This document shows positions 49,836 to 59,365 of a DNA stretch of 64,000 nt, piece after piece. Positions within the stretch are counted from its first letter, which is position 1, and each line of letters starts with the position of its first letter. A program made the translations under genes and the position numbers. The notes beneath the pieces were generated by a model. The model made no database searches. It saw nothing but the letters and a program-made list of their open reading frames with translations, and was not told the origin of the DNA. Source of the stretch: a virus; the IMG/VR virus record IMGVR_UViG_3300010885_033832, positions 1 to 64,000 of that record; one strand, 5' to 3'.

Positions 49836-50323
49836 TAGTTCTTGATCCTTTTGTACATTGCGCGGTAGGAAACCTTGGCCGCGTCGGCTAGTTCTTGAAT
49901 CTTAACGCCATTTTCATAGAGAGAGACAACAAGAATAGTGAGTTGCTGATTCGCGAGGGCGTAAGGGTGGTTGAGGGCGTGACGCGAACGGAAAAGTCGG
50001 GCTTGTTGGGAAAGGTACAAGATGGTTGACAGGTCGGTCGGGTTGACACCAGGCGAGGGAAGTCGACGATTGACGTACTCGGAGAGGTGTGGGATGGGGA
50101 TTGGGGTGGTATCCGTGGTTAGAGTGAGGGTTTCGTGGATCCAGTAGTGAAGAGCGCTTCTCGAACGTCGAGCGTGGCGGGGGAGGGCTTCTTGGATGGA
50201 GCGAAGAGTCCATCCTGCATTGAAGAGATCGCGTACTCGTTCGCGGAGGTGTTGAGGGGCGAGATCGTACAGGTAGACGGATTCACATTCGGGGAGGTGC
50301 TGTCCACGGGCTGACTTTCTCAT
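49835..50323 (-). CDS. Double helix-turn-helix DNA-binding protein
   Basis: GWTLRSIQEAL...SALHYWI and GVKIQELADAAKVSYRAMYKRI HTH-like segments. Confidence 0.7.
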   Translation of the reverse strand: MRKSARGQHLPECESVYLYDLAPQHLRERVRDLFNAGWTLRSIQEALPRHARRSRSALHYWIHETLTLTTDTTPIPIPHLSEYVNRRLPSPGVNPTDLSTILYLSQQARLFRSRHALNHPYALANQQLTILVVSLYENGVKIQELADAAKVSYRAMYKRIKN

Positions 50324-51113
50324 GGTTTCATTTTACGCCATATGTTCAGGACGGATAAAACTGAACAGAAGACGATGTTTTAGTACCTTTACGATAAATG
50401 CTTTTGGCCGGAGAGACGGATACGCGCTATTTTCGGGCCTTCGCGAAACGTTTCCAAAACACCGACGCCCCCCTTGCGCCACGTCGCCAAGTGTGGTAGG
50501 GGGTCAGTCTTTTCTAGAATGGTCGACCCCCTCCCCCTCCCCTGCCAATCATCATGTCGTGCCTGTCGACGACGACGAGGTCGAGGTGGTCATGATGCCT
50601 GACCTTGATGACAGGGGGGGTGGGGGTAGGGGCTGGCTAAGTCACCACCTAGTCAACGAGGTTGAGTCACCACCTGCCCACGCCCACCACCATCGAGCAT
50701 GCCTAACATCACTTGATGAGTGTGACAGTCACGAGGGGGCTGGGCTAGGTGATAGACATCAAGGCTAGTCGACTAGGCTACCTGCCTCGACGATGCCTCG
50801 AGGTGACCCTGACCACGACCCTGCCCAGCCTGCCAGCCCGACCACCCTGCCAGCCCACCCTGCCAGATAGGCTAGCCGCATGACCTTGATGGTCGATACA
50901 TATTGTCAGGGACCATGACCACTACACGAGAACACGTCGAGAGATGCATCGAGGCAGGGGGGTGGATGCATCGACAGGTATGCACATCAAGGTTGATGGA
51001 CTCGACTCGACCATGCTCACCCGACCGACCATCGAGGGGATGCCCCTAGGTACCCATCACCTCGAGGTACATCACCTAGGTAGGACGGCGTAAAAGGCTC
51101 ACCGCAAGGGGTG

Positions 51114-52910
51114 TCAGCGACTCGTGCCAGCGGTGGTCAGAGCCTTAGCCGCAAGGCGACCCACGACCTCGACGACGTTGACGACTGACCCATTCCCGAG
51201 GGGTACGAATTCAGCTGACCCTCGAGTGCAGAACGCCTTAGCCTTGGACAGGCCATAGTCTCCAGCACCTAGCCATAGCACGCCCACCCCGGCGCGAGCG
51301 GCCTGAGCCAACCGCGCATCGACGGCCTTGAGCTGGTCGAGGCGGTACTGCCCATCGGACACGATCACGAGTAAGCGAGCACCCTTGCCCTCGGTCAGGG
51401 TCAGCCCACCATCGAGCGCGAGGAACGCCTTGTCGAACTCCTCGGTCGAGTCGGGGGCAGTGTAGACCTGCACCTCGTTCAGGTGTTGTCCAGGCTTGAG
51501 CGTCGAGAACACGGACGACCCATAGTAGACCATGGCCACTCGCCCCTGAACTCGGCGTACTGCTTCGGATAGCACCCACGCAGTTGAGGCCATCGACTTC
51601 ATCGCCGAGCCCATCGAGCCACTGACATCGACCATCACCCCAATGGTCAGGGGTGGGTTGTCAACATGACGATGCTGGACTCGATTCCATGGCTCGACGT
51701 CGACCATCATCCCACGTGCACGTTGCGCCTGCCCCTGTACGAGAGCACGAGTTCGGAGTCGTCCAGGTGGTAGTCGACTGGCTGACTCGGTGCGAACGCG
51801 GTCACGATAACGGGCCTTCTCGAGTTGACGTGCGAGGAGTACTGCTGCCTGTCGTTCTTGAGCGTTGGGGGCACGGGTCTCAACGAGCTTGGACGAGGTC
51901 GAGCTACCCCTGACCACGGACTTGACACCAGCCTGAAACACCTCGCGAGCCATCGTCTTGGCCTGTGCACGCTCGTTGGCCTTGGCCCTGTTCTCGACCG
52001 ACCTCTCATCGTACTCAGCCATCTTGGCCTGCCTGCCTGCCTCGGACTCGACAGCCATCGTGACAGTGAATCCATCCTCGCCTAGTGCATCGAGCATCTC
52101 GCCCAACTGCTTGGACGTGAGGATCATGCCCTCCTTGCCCGACTGACCCTGACGTTCAGCCTCAGTGGTGATGATCGTGTTCCAGTCTCGCGCGAGGTCG
52201 ATCATCCCATCGACATCACCATGTGAGGTGACAGCGAACTTGGACCATACGCGAGACAGTGCATCGACGACCTCGTCCGACAGGACACGTCCCACGAATG
52301 CGCGGACGTTGACCACGTCCTCGTCGAGGAGGATGCCCACGTCACGTCGCCCGAGGATGAGCGTTGCCATCTTGGCAGCCTGCCTGACCTTGGGGATGTC
52401 ATCGTCGACGCCCACCTTGAGGTCGGACATTACGATGCCCATCGCCGATGCTCGGAGCATGATCTGATTCTCTGGGTACTCCAGAACACCTCGTGCCTCG
52501 ATACGTACCTCCTCGAGGACGACCATTGCATCCCATACACCAGCCTCGTGCTTGAGGCGTTCTTGGGTCGCCTCGAGTGGCCACAACGAGTATCGTGCAT
52601 GACACGCCTCGTGGAAGATTGCCCCTGTCGCCTTGGCATTCTCGAGCTGGACCACACGACGTGTGAAGTCACCAATCACCTCGGGGTTGCCATGGTCGAA
52701 CGCGATGTCGGAGTTGACCTCGATCTCGGACGTGGCAGGGTTGTACGCTGCGGGGGCACCATGGTCCATGCCTACCCATGGGCCGACGAATACAGTGAGG
52801 TCACCACGACCTGACCACTCGTTGACCATCGACCCAATCGAGGCACCGACCTTGAGCCACTTGGATGATGTGGTGCGACGTGCAACGACGCTGTGCCCGA
52901 AGTGTGTCAT
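51114..52910 (-). CDS. VWA (MIDAS) domain protein with N-terminal HExxH region, CobT-like partner of MoxR
   Basis: FHEACH...LEEVRIE; VDVSGSM MIDAS motif; VIVSDG. Confidence 0.85.
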   Translation of the reverse strand: MTHFGHSVVARRTTSSKWLKVGASIGSMVNEWSGRGDLTVFVGPWVGMDHGAPAAYNPATSEIEVNSDIAFDHGNPEVIGDFTRRVVQLENAKATGAIFHEACHARYSLWPLEATQERLKHEAGVWDAMVVLEEVRIEARGVLEYPENQIMLRASAMGIVMSDLKVGVDDDIPKVRQAAKMATLILGRRDVGILLDEDVVNVRAFVGRVLSDEVVDALSRVWSKFAVTSHGDVDGMIDLARDWNTIITTEAERQGQSGKEGMILTSKQLGEMLDALGEDGFTVTMAVESEAGRQAKMAEYDERSVENRAKANERAQAKTMAREVFQAGVKSVVRGSSTSSKLVETRAPNAQERQAAVLLARQLEKARYRDRVRTESASRLPPGRLRTRALVQGQAQRARGMMVDVEPWNRVQHRHVDNPPLTIGVMVDVSGSMGSAMKSMASTAWVLSEAVRRVQGRVAMVYYGSSVFSTLKPGQHLNEVQVYTAPDSTEEFDKAFLALDGGLTLTEGKGARLLVIVSDGQYRLDQLKAVDARLAQAARAGVGVLWLGAGDYGLSKAKAFCTRGSAEFVPLGNGSVVNVVEVVGRLAAKALTTAGTSR

Positions 52911-52918
52911 GCCCGGCC

Positions 52919-53992
52919 TCAGATACGCGAGGGGAGCATGGACTCACCAAAAGCACGACTGAAGACATCGGACACTACAGGTCGGTCCATCTCAGGCGCG
53001 GAGGCCAACAGGTTCTGAATCGCGAATCGTGCCCCGAACTTCTCGGTCACATCCCTGAATGCCAGGAGCTCACGGAGCTGTGGAGCCCACGACACGTCGC
53101 CTGACTCGAGGCGCTTGTTGAGGTTCTGGGCCGCGGTCACTGCGAGGCGTTCGACGCCCAGCTTCTTGGCCAGTGCCCAGTCCGTCGTCATCTCAGTCTG
53201 GATTGCGAATCGAGACAGCAACGCCTCGGACAGGTTGACACCTGGGGCGTGGGGATTCGTCGCGGCCACGATGAAGAATCCAGCCTGAGCCTTGACGGTC
53301 CCGCGTTCAGGGTTGGCAGTGACGGTGTACTCGCGACGACCATCCATCAGGCCATAGACCACGGACAGGACCTTGGGGTCGATGAGGCCGACCTCGTCGA
53401 TGAGAAGGACCTTGCCCTCCTCGGCTGCCTTGATGAGCGGGCCGTCGACCCACGAGAATCCATCGGGGGTCTGGATGTATCCGCCAACGAGGTCGGACAC
53501 CTCGGTGTCGCCCGAGCCCAAGATCGTGTACAGATTCGTCCCGAACGCGGCCTCGACCAGCGCGGTCTTGCCTGTGCCGGGCGGGCCATAGAACAACGAG
53601 TACAGCCCTGACTCACGTGCCTCGCGAAGGACATCGACGTCGACGTGCTCGCCCCACTTGCGCGTGTAGTACTTCTCTCCGTTGGGCCGGAGGAACGACT
53701 CGTCTTCGGTTGCGTTCGGGAGCATCTTCTTCTCTTCTAAGGACTTGGGAGGAATCATGGCTTTCGAGGGGGTCGAGCCATTCTGACCGCGACCACGTGC
53801 TCGTGAGGACGGCGTTGAGTATGCCTCGAAGTTGCCCGTGAGCATGTCGACGTCGGCCCACTTCGAGTCTACCTCACTGAGTAGGGCCGAGACGAGGATG
53901 TATGAGATCTCCTCAGGCAGGTGGATGTCCTTGCCATAGTGATCGGCCAGTCTCTTGTTGATCTTGAATGGTGATGTGCTGTACGTAGGCAT
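52919..53992 (-). CDS. MoxR-family (CobS/CbbQ-like) AAA+ ATPase
   Basis: GPPGTGKT, LLIDE, AATNP, LSEALLSRF, RELL. Confidence 0.9.
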   Translation of the reverse strand: MPTYSTSPFKINKRLADHYGKDIHLPEEISYILVSALLSEVDSKWADVDMLTGNFEAYSTPSSRARGRGQNGSTPSKAMIPPKSLEEKKMLPNATEDESFLRPNGEKYYTRKWGEHVDVDVLREARESGLYSLFYGPPGTGKTALVEAAFGTNLYTILGSGDTEVSDLVGGYIQTPDGFSWVDGPLIKAAEEGKVLLIDEVGLIDPKVLSVVYGLMDGRREYTVTANPERGTVKAQAGFFIVAATNPHAPGVNLSEALLSRFAIQTEMTTDWALAKKLGVERLAVTAAQNLNKRLESGDVSWAPQLRELLAFRDVTEKFGARFAIQNLLASAPEMDRPVVSDVFSRAFGESMLPSRI

Positions 53993-53994
53993 GG

Positions 53995-54627
53995 CTAGAC
54001 TGCACTCCCCGTTGTCAGCAGTGCAGGGATCGACTTGCCTATGGGCTCGGTCACGGACTCAGGGAATCCGGCGTCACGACGGACACGCTCGAGACGTCGG
54101 AGCAGGGCCGATGGGGTCTGCTTGCTATACGCCTCGCGAGCATCGGTGTCGGTCACCTCGATGTACAACGGCTTCTGGATCGCGTACACCTCGGGCTTGC
54201 CCATCATCGCACCGAGCCAGTCCATGATGTACTCGTACGCGTTGGAGTCCATGACTTCGGACACCACCTCTTGGACATCGAGGAGACGATCGAAGACGAG
54301 GCTCTGCTGCTCGATTCGGGTCATGTAGTGCATCTTCGGGGCGGTGACACTGCCAGCGCTATGCACGACGCCGCCCGAGCTCGAGAACGTTTCATTACGG
54401 ACTGAGCCATGAATCGCAGCGAATCGCCAACGGGCTCGAGGATTGGTCGGGGCGGTAGAGCGGTGGAAGATCGACGGCCACTTCCACTCCCGAGTGGTCA
54501 CGTCGCGGTGGGGTGGCATCACCAGCACCTGACGGGTGTAGACCTCGGTCCCATTCCCAGCGATGGGTCGGGCCTCAAGGTACAGTGCGAATCGTTTCGG
54601 TGGGGCTTTAGTGGTGACGACAGCCAT
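53995..54627 (-). CDS. Hypothetical protein
   Basis: 210 aa with GAAAGGA RBS, directly upstream of the AAA gene. Confidence 0.65.
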   Translation of the reverse strand: MAVVTTKAPPKRFALYLEARPIAGNGTEVYTRQVLVMPPHRDVTTREWKWPSIFHRSTAPTNPRARWRFAAIHGSVRNETFSSSGGVVHSAGSVTAPKMHYMTRIEQQSLVFDRLLDVQEVVSEVMDSNAYEYIMDWLGAMMGKPEVYAIQKPLYIEVTDTDAREAYSKQTPSALLRRLERVRRDAGFPESVTEPIGKSIPALLTTGSAV

Positions 54628-54657
54628 CAGAGTCCTTTCGTGGAGACGTAAGACTCA

Positions 54658-54888
54658 CTATACGCCCATGGCCTCCAGCGTCAAGCTAAGACACGCTGAG
54701 CACGAGATCTGCACATCACCATCGTCGGCCATCACGGCCCATCTCTCGGTGCCTTGAGCATCCTGACACCCAGCGCAGGCAATACTTCTACCCTCGTCGA
54801 CGATGCCTGACTTCTCAACGGCGTCGAGGTCACAGCGAAGTCCGGCGTCGAACTTGACGACCTCGAACGCGCGTACGGTCATGCTCAT
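54658..54888 (-). CDS. Small CxxC...CxxC zinc-binding protein (76 aa)
   Basis: ATG overlaps the terminase TGA; CAGC and CSAC motifs. Confidence 0.6.
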   Translation of the reverse strand: MSMTVRAFEVVKFDAGLRCDLDAVEKSGIVDEGRSIACAGCQDAQGTERWAVMADDGDVQISCSACLSLTLEAMGV

Positions 54889-56303
54889 CGGACCCTGAAC
54901 TTCGATCCGCCAGCACCCTGCTGACCGATGCCGGGCAGGGTGAATCGGCGACCTGCTGGTGACTTGGCTGATAGCCCACCACCGAGGAATCCAGCGGGTG
55001 GCTTGATGAGCAACGCGGTCAGTGCATGCACGAGGGCGTCGACGCGGTCGGGGGACTTGCCCTCGCCAGGGATCCACGACATCATCTGGGACTCGAGCTG
55101 AGGGAACACGCCCACGTGGTGGACACGGCCCTGCTCATACGCGAGGGTGATCGGCTCAGCGCGGAGTGCCTTGCCATACTTGGAGTGCACCTCGAGGACC
55201 TTGATCGTGGGGTCGATTGTGTGGATGGCGTTCTTGACGAGCGCCCCACCCTGATTGACCTCGGCGACAACGGGGCATCCCCACTTCTTGGCCGCGGCGA
55301 CAACGGCCTGTGCCCACACGGTGGGGGACCCGAGGATAGATGTATCCTCGAGTACCCATGACTGACGCTTATACAAGTCTCGTTCGCCCGTTGAGCCTAC
55401 CACGACGATGCCACACTCGTCCTTGGGGCTCTCGGCGACGGATGGGTCGACACCGATCACGCGCAGTGGCATCTGTGGCGGGTAGGCACCCTGTCGATAG
55501 TTGTCGATGATGTCTTCGGTCCAGAGCGCACCATCAACGGAGTCGAGCATCTCACCATAGAGCTCTTGAGCGGCGAGGGAAGTACCACCATAGACACCGA
55601 GCATGGTATCGAGGTACGCGCTCGACAGGTTCCCGGCGTTGTCCATCGTCGATCCGCGAGTGACACGGACGCGGTTGGGGTGTTCCTCGGATTCCTTGAG
55701 AAGTTCGCGGAGCATGGCCACGCGCTTCGGTGTGGTCGTGATCATGATCTTGGGGACGGCTCCGAGACGCGTAGCGATACGGAGGTTCTGCCACGCGGTC
55801 AGTCCCGAGTCGTCGGGCATCTGTCGCCAAGCGGCGGCCTCGTCGGCGAGTGACGCGTGGAACTGTGGACCACGGAGAAGGTTGGGTTCGTCGGCGGAGA
55901 ACGTCGTCGCGATGGTTCCGTTGGGCCACGTCAGTCGTCGCTTCGACGGCTCGTACAGTGGCATCTCACTCGGTGGTGAGATCGACATAATCCCTGACTG
56001 TCCTTCGACCACAACGTCGCGGGCGTCGGCGGCTGTACGGGCAACGATGGCGATACGCTTCGGCCCTGTCTTACTGATGTCGCGGGCTTGCTCTCTGAGC
56101 CACTCGGCTCCGGTCCGGGTCTTACCCCAACCACGACCCGCGAGGGCAATCCAGATGTTCCAGTCACCATCCGGCGCGTGTTGTTCGGGGCGACCCCAGA
56201 ACGACCAATCCCACAGCAGACCCTCGGGGTCCATACCTGCCATCATCCGAGCGCGATCGTCGGGGGATAGCTCAGCGATTACCTGCGCGAGTGACTTCGA
56301 CAT
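54885..56303 (-). CDS. terL: Terminase large subunit
   Basis: AGRGWGKT Walker A, LRGPQF--SLADEAAAW Walker B, TTTP, VIGVDPS and DRVDAL nuclease motifs. Confidence 0.93.
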   Translation of the reverse strand: MSKSLAQVIAELSPDDRARMMAGMDPEGLLWDWSFWGRPEQHAPDGDWNIWIALAGRGWGKTRTGAEWLREQARDISKTGPKRIAIVARTAADARDVVVEGQSGIMSISPPSEMPLYEPSKRRLTWPNGTIATTFSADEPNLLRGPQFHASLADEAAAWRQMPDDSGLTAWQNLRIATRLGAVPKIMITTTPKRVAMLRELLKESEEHPNRVRVTRGSTMDNAGNLSSAYLDTMLGVYGGTSLAAQELYGEMLDSVDGALWTEDIIDNYRQGAYPPQMPLRVIGVDPSVAESPKDECGIVVVGSTGERDLYKRQSWVLEDTSILGSPTVWAQAVVAAAKKWGCPVVAEVNQGGALVKNAIHTIDPTIKVLEVHSKYGKALRAEPITLAYEQGRVHHVGVFPQLESQMMSWIPGEGKSPDRVDALVHALTALLIKPPAGFLGGGLSAKSPAGRRFTLPGIGQQGAGGSKFRVR

Positions 56304-56325
56304 GACACAATCCTACCTAAAGGTT

Positions 56326-56351
56326 GGACCCCCTAGAAAACTAGGGGGTCC
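56326..56351 (-). terminator. Hairpin between thioredoxin and terminase genes
   Basis: GGACCCCCTAG-AAAA-CTAGGGGGTCC perfect 11-bp inverted repeat. Confidence 0.65.
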
Positions 56352-56373
56352 CGACGGCGACGACAGCAGGGCG

Positions 56374-56694
56374 TTATACGAGGTAGTCCGATAGGTCAGA
56401 CTCGAGGGCTGGGCGTGGCTTCGCGCCGACAATTGTCTTGACGACTTCTCCGCCAACGAACACCTTCATCGTCGGAATCGAGACAACACCATACGCGGTG
56501 GGTGTCTCGGGATCCTCTTCGATGTTCAGCTTCACGATTGTAAGGCTGGGGTATTCATCGGCGATAGCGTCAAGTACTGGACCAACGGCGCGGCAGGGGC
56601 CACACCATTCAGCCCAGAAGTCAACGAGGACCGGACCCTCGGCGCTGAGCACATCGGCGTCGAAGGTCGAGTCGGTTGTTTTTCCAGCGGGCAC
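56374..56694 (-). CDS. trxA: Thioredoxin
   Basis: VLVDFWAEWCGPC active site, SIPT cis-Pro motif, GAKP. Confidence 0.95.
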   Translation of the reverse strand: MPAGKTTDSTFDADVLSAEGPVLVDFWAEWCGPCRAVGPVLDAIADEYPSLTIVKLNIEEDPETPTAYGVVSIPTMKVFVGGEVVKTIVGAKPRPALESDLSDYLV

Positions 56695-57068
56695 TACACA
56701 ACCACCTTGACGGTGTTGTCACCCTTGAAGATAGCCTTGAGTGTATCGGCGTTGAGGACGTCGGTCACCTCGAGTCGGTTCTTCGACTGGAACTGCTGAA
56801 CGGCGATCTGGGTACCGTTCTGGTAGACACCGGGCTTGTCCCCAATTACGGACACGAACTCAAGTTCGCGGAGGCGACGCTGAAGTTCGGTGACGCTGGT
56901 GGACTCGCGCTGGTGCAGTGGGTTCTGCAGAATCGCAGCGAGCACAACCTGAACGGCGGTGCTCGGTGCTTCGACAGACGCGGGGGCAGACGGCGCAGCG
57001 GGCTTGGACGGAGTCGAGGCGGGCTCGAAGGGTTCGGGGACGATGGAGTCGATGTTGTTATCAGTCAT
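56694..57068 (-). CDS. Peptidoglycan-binding-domain protein
   Basis: VTELQRRLRELEF...GVY--GTQIAVQQFQ...LEVT motif; start reassigned to MTDNNID from the leaderless -10. Confidence 0.7.
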   Translation of the reverse strand: MTDNNIDSIVPEPFEPASTPSKPAAPSAPASVEAPSTAVQVVLAAILQNPLHQRESTSVTELQRRLRELEFVSVIGDKPGVYQNGTQIAVQQFQSKNRLEVTDVLNADTLKAIFKGDNTVKVVV

Positions 57069-57088
57069 GGAATTCATTCTACCGAAGG

Positions 57089-57274
57089 TTACTCACCCTT
57101 ACTCGAGAGGACGGCGAGCGCCACCGCGGCCAGTCCTAGAGCTTGGATAGTAGCGAACGGATTACCGAGATCGACGGCGACGACTATCGCAGCGACGGCG
57201 AGCGCCAGCGCGACGACAGGTAGCCAGTTGGTGTTGCTGATGATGAAACGGATTCGTCGGAGTAGTTGATTCAT
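57089..57274 (-). CDS. Small two-TM membrane protein (holin-like)
   Basis: Two hydrophobic helices; next to the peptidoglycan-binding gene. Confidence 0.55.
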   Translation of the reverse strand: MNQLLRRIRFIISNTNWLPVVALALAVAAIVVAVDLGNPFATIQALGLAAVALAVLSSKGE

Positions 57275-57286
57275 ACCGAAATCCTA

Positions 57287-57466
57287 TCACGACTCTTCAT
57301 CGCGGATCGTGGCCCGGAGATCGTCGGCGCGAGTACGTCGGCGCTTCGTGCGCTTGTCGGCATGCGTTCCCCACGCGTTCGATTGGGCGCGCTCGGCGTC
57401 TGCCCGTGCCTTGTCTGGATTCGCAGCGGGCACGTAACGGCGTGGCTTCTTGTCGTCGGCGCTCAT
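57287..57466 (-). CDS. Small basic protein (59 aa)
   Basis: MSADDKKPRR...AWGTHADKRTKRRRTR; TACAAT 6 nt before ATG. Confidence 0.6.
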   Translation of the reverse strand: MSADDKKPRRYVPAANPDKARADAERAQSNAWGTHADKRTKRRRTRADDLRATIRDEES

Positions 57467-57709
57467 CCCCCCATTGTACCGCGAGCGCCGGAGTCCCGTC
57501 AACGGCGCTCAGCGCCTCTCTGACGGCGTAACGCGTTCCGGCCACTACGACAGACGGCCTGCCGGAGTGACGCGTCTAACGACGGCGCAGAGCGTCGGCG
57601 AGCGCCTAACGGCGTCGGCGTCCGGCGTCCGCGATCGCAGCGCAACGGCGAGCGCCGACCAACGGCGAAACGCCCAACCGTTTCCACTCGGCTGGGCGTT
57701 TCGTCGGCG

Positions 57710-57925
57710 CTAGTTGTTCGGGTCGAATTCTTCGACGTGGCGGACGTTGCAGACTTCGCAGTCGTCGACGATGGCGAGCGCCTTACCGTCGGCGAAGTAC
57801 TGGAACGTGGCGGGCTGGTTGTGGAGCGTGGTGTCGTCGTTGTCCCAGCCACAGGCTCGGAATCCAAACTCTCCCTCGTTCTCGGCGACGCACCCGTTTG
57901 GGTCGGTGTCGTAGTATCCGCTCAT
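57710..57925 (-). CDS. Cassette gene: Cys-containing hypothetical protein (71 aa)
   Basis: GAAAGGA RBS, own promoter and downstream hairpin at 57666-57703. Confidence 0.7.
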   Translation of the reverse strand: MSGYYDTDPNGCVAENEGEFGFRACGWDNDDTTLHNQPATFQYFADGKALAIVDDCEVCNVRHVEEFDPNN

Positions 57926-58137
57926 TGTGTTTCCTTTCGTCGCGGTCGGCGTTTCCTCCCGCGTAATCAGTCTATCGGCGGGCACCGACATGTAATAGCC
58001 TCCCCTCCCCGACTGTGGCCGGAATCAGGCCGGCCATCGATGGCCACAACGTCACGACGACGAGCGCCGAAGTCGCCGCGGACAGTCGACGCAGACGACG
58101 AAACGCCTACCCTTTCGGGTAGGCGTTTCGGAGGGAC

Positions 58138-58383
58138 TCACGCCTGAGGGTAGGCGCGAGTGGACAGGCTCTCGGTGCTCTGAGCGAGTCGGGCAAACGT
58201 CTTCGCGAGACGGTACAGTGCGTCTCCGACGACGACGCGGACGCGGTACTCGGCGTCGACCTTCGGCGTGAAGGGGTAATCCTCCGTGATGGTCGCAACG
58301 ATGTCGGCATAGCACGTCGCGCAGACTGCGTCGTACGCTCCGTCGGCGAAGTTGGCAGAGCAAAGGCGCTCGTCGTGGTACAT
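58138..58383 (-). CDS. Cassette gene: hypothetical protein (81 aa)
   Basis: GAAAGGA RBS, MYHDERLC...CATC; hairpin at 58099-58130. Confidence 0.7.
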   Translation of the reverse strand: MYHDERLCSANFADGAYDAVCATCYADIVATITEDYPFTPKVDAEYRVRVVVGDALYRLAKTFARLAQSTESLSTRAYPQA

Positions 58384-58530
58384 GGTCGATTCCTTTCGGT
58401 TGGGGAGGCGTGTTCCTCCGTGACTCCACTCTATTGGCGAGCGCCGACATGTAACGGTATCCCCTCCCCATCGGCGAGCGCCGCACAACGACAAACAGCC
58501 TCCCCGAAGGGAGGCTGTCGGTCGTCCAAG

Positions 58531-58725
58531 TCAGGCGAAGTCGGGGAGGTGATACTTTGCGGCGAGAGCGGATTCCATTGCTTGGAGCGAGGCGATGGAC
58601 TCGGCGATGTGGTCGCGCATATCTCCGACCTCGTTCGCTTTCCACAGCACCATCGCGTCGGTGAGTGACGCGGCGGCGGCCGCGTAGTTTGACAGCACAG
58701 CGCTGTCGGTAGCGTCGTACAACAT
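58531..58725 (-). CDS. Cassette gene: hypothetical helical protein (64 aa)
   Basis: GAAGGAG RBS; hairpin at 58495-58518. Confidence 0.7.
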   Translation of the reverse strand: MLYDATDSAVLSNYAAAAASLTDAMVLWKANEVGDMRDHIAESIASLQAMESALAAKYHLPDFA

Positions 58726-58836
58726 GGTGACTCCTTCGATTCGGGAGGCGTGTTCCTCCGTGATATCAGACTACGGCACGGCACGGACAAACAACAACCT
58801 CCCCTCCCCGAATCGGGAGGAGAGGTTGTCGGCGCG

Positions 58837-59031
58837 TCAGAGGATTATCGGCTCAACGACTAGGCGCGTTTCGTTCAGCGCACCGCAACCGCACCGATAC
58901 CATTGCGCGATTCGACCATCGGTGCGCCAGATGATATGAATGGTCGGGTGTTCGTGACCGACTCGGCATCGTGGGCAACGGTGATTCAGCGGGGAACGGC
59001 GTTCCTCCGTCTGGATGATATCGTCTAACAT
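58837..59031 (-). CDS. Cassette gene: zinc-ribbon-like protein (64 aa)
   Basis: CPRC...CGC; GAAAGGA RBS. Confidence 0.7.
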   Translation of the reverse strand: MLDDIIQTEERRSPLNHRCPRCRVGHEHPTIHIIWRTDGRIAQWYRCGCGALNETRLVVEPIIL

Positions 59032-59128
59032 TCGGGATTCCTTTCGTTCGTGATTCCAGACTACGGCCGCAACGGCATAGACGGCGATAGCCCCCCTGAC
59101 GGTGTGTCAGAGGGGCTACCGTATGGCG

Positions 59129-59365
59129 TTACGCTTGGCGAGCGTATCGGGCAACCGCATCGGCAATTCGCGTACCGATGTAGTCGGGCGTGAGCATCGA
59201 ACGGCGAGGCGCGCGTGCTTGGGCGAACCGTCCAGAGGTGTTGCCGACCTCGTGAACGATGACAACATAATCGCTACGCGAGATGTTGCCGAGGTAGCGG
59301 AGTAGGTACTCCGCACCCTCGTAGGTGAACGGCGTGAGGGTGCCGCGTTTGAGTGTGATGGACAT
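59129..59365 (-). CDS. Cassette gene: hypothetical protein (78 aa)
   Basis: AAAGGAGG RBS; flanked by promoter and hairpin. Confidence 0.72.
   Translation of the reverse strand: MSITLKRGTLTPFTYEGAEYLLRYLGNISRSDYVVIVHEVGNTSGRFAQARAPRRSMLTPDYIGTRIADAVARYARQA

Noticed and set aside
50322-50768. 148-aa plus-strand ORF in the switch region
   Set aside because: Low-complexity translation, no RBS, opposite to all other genes
51114-53992. Cobalamin biosynthesis (cobS/cobT) as a metabolic function
   Set aside because: No cobN or other cob genes; the general MoxR/VWA chaperone reading is better supported
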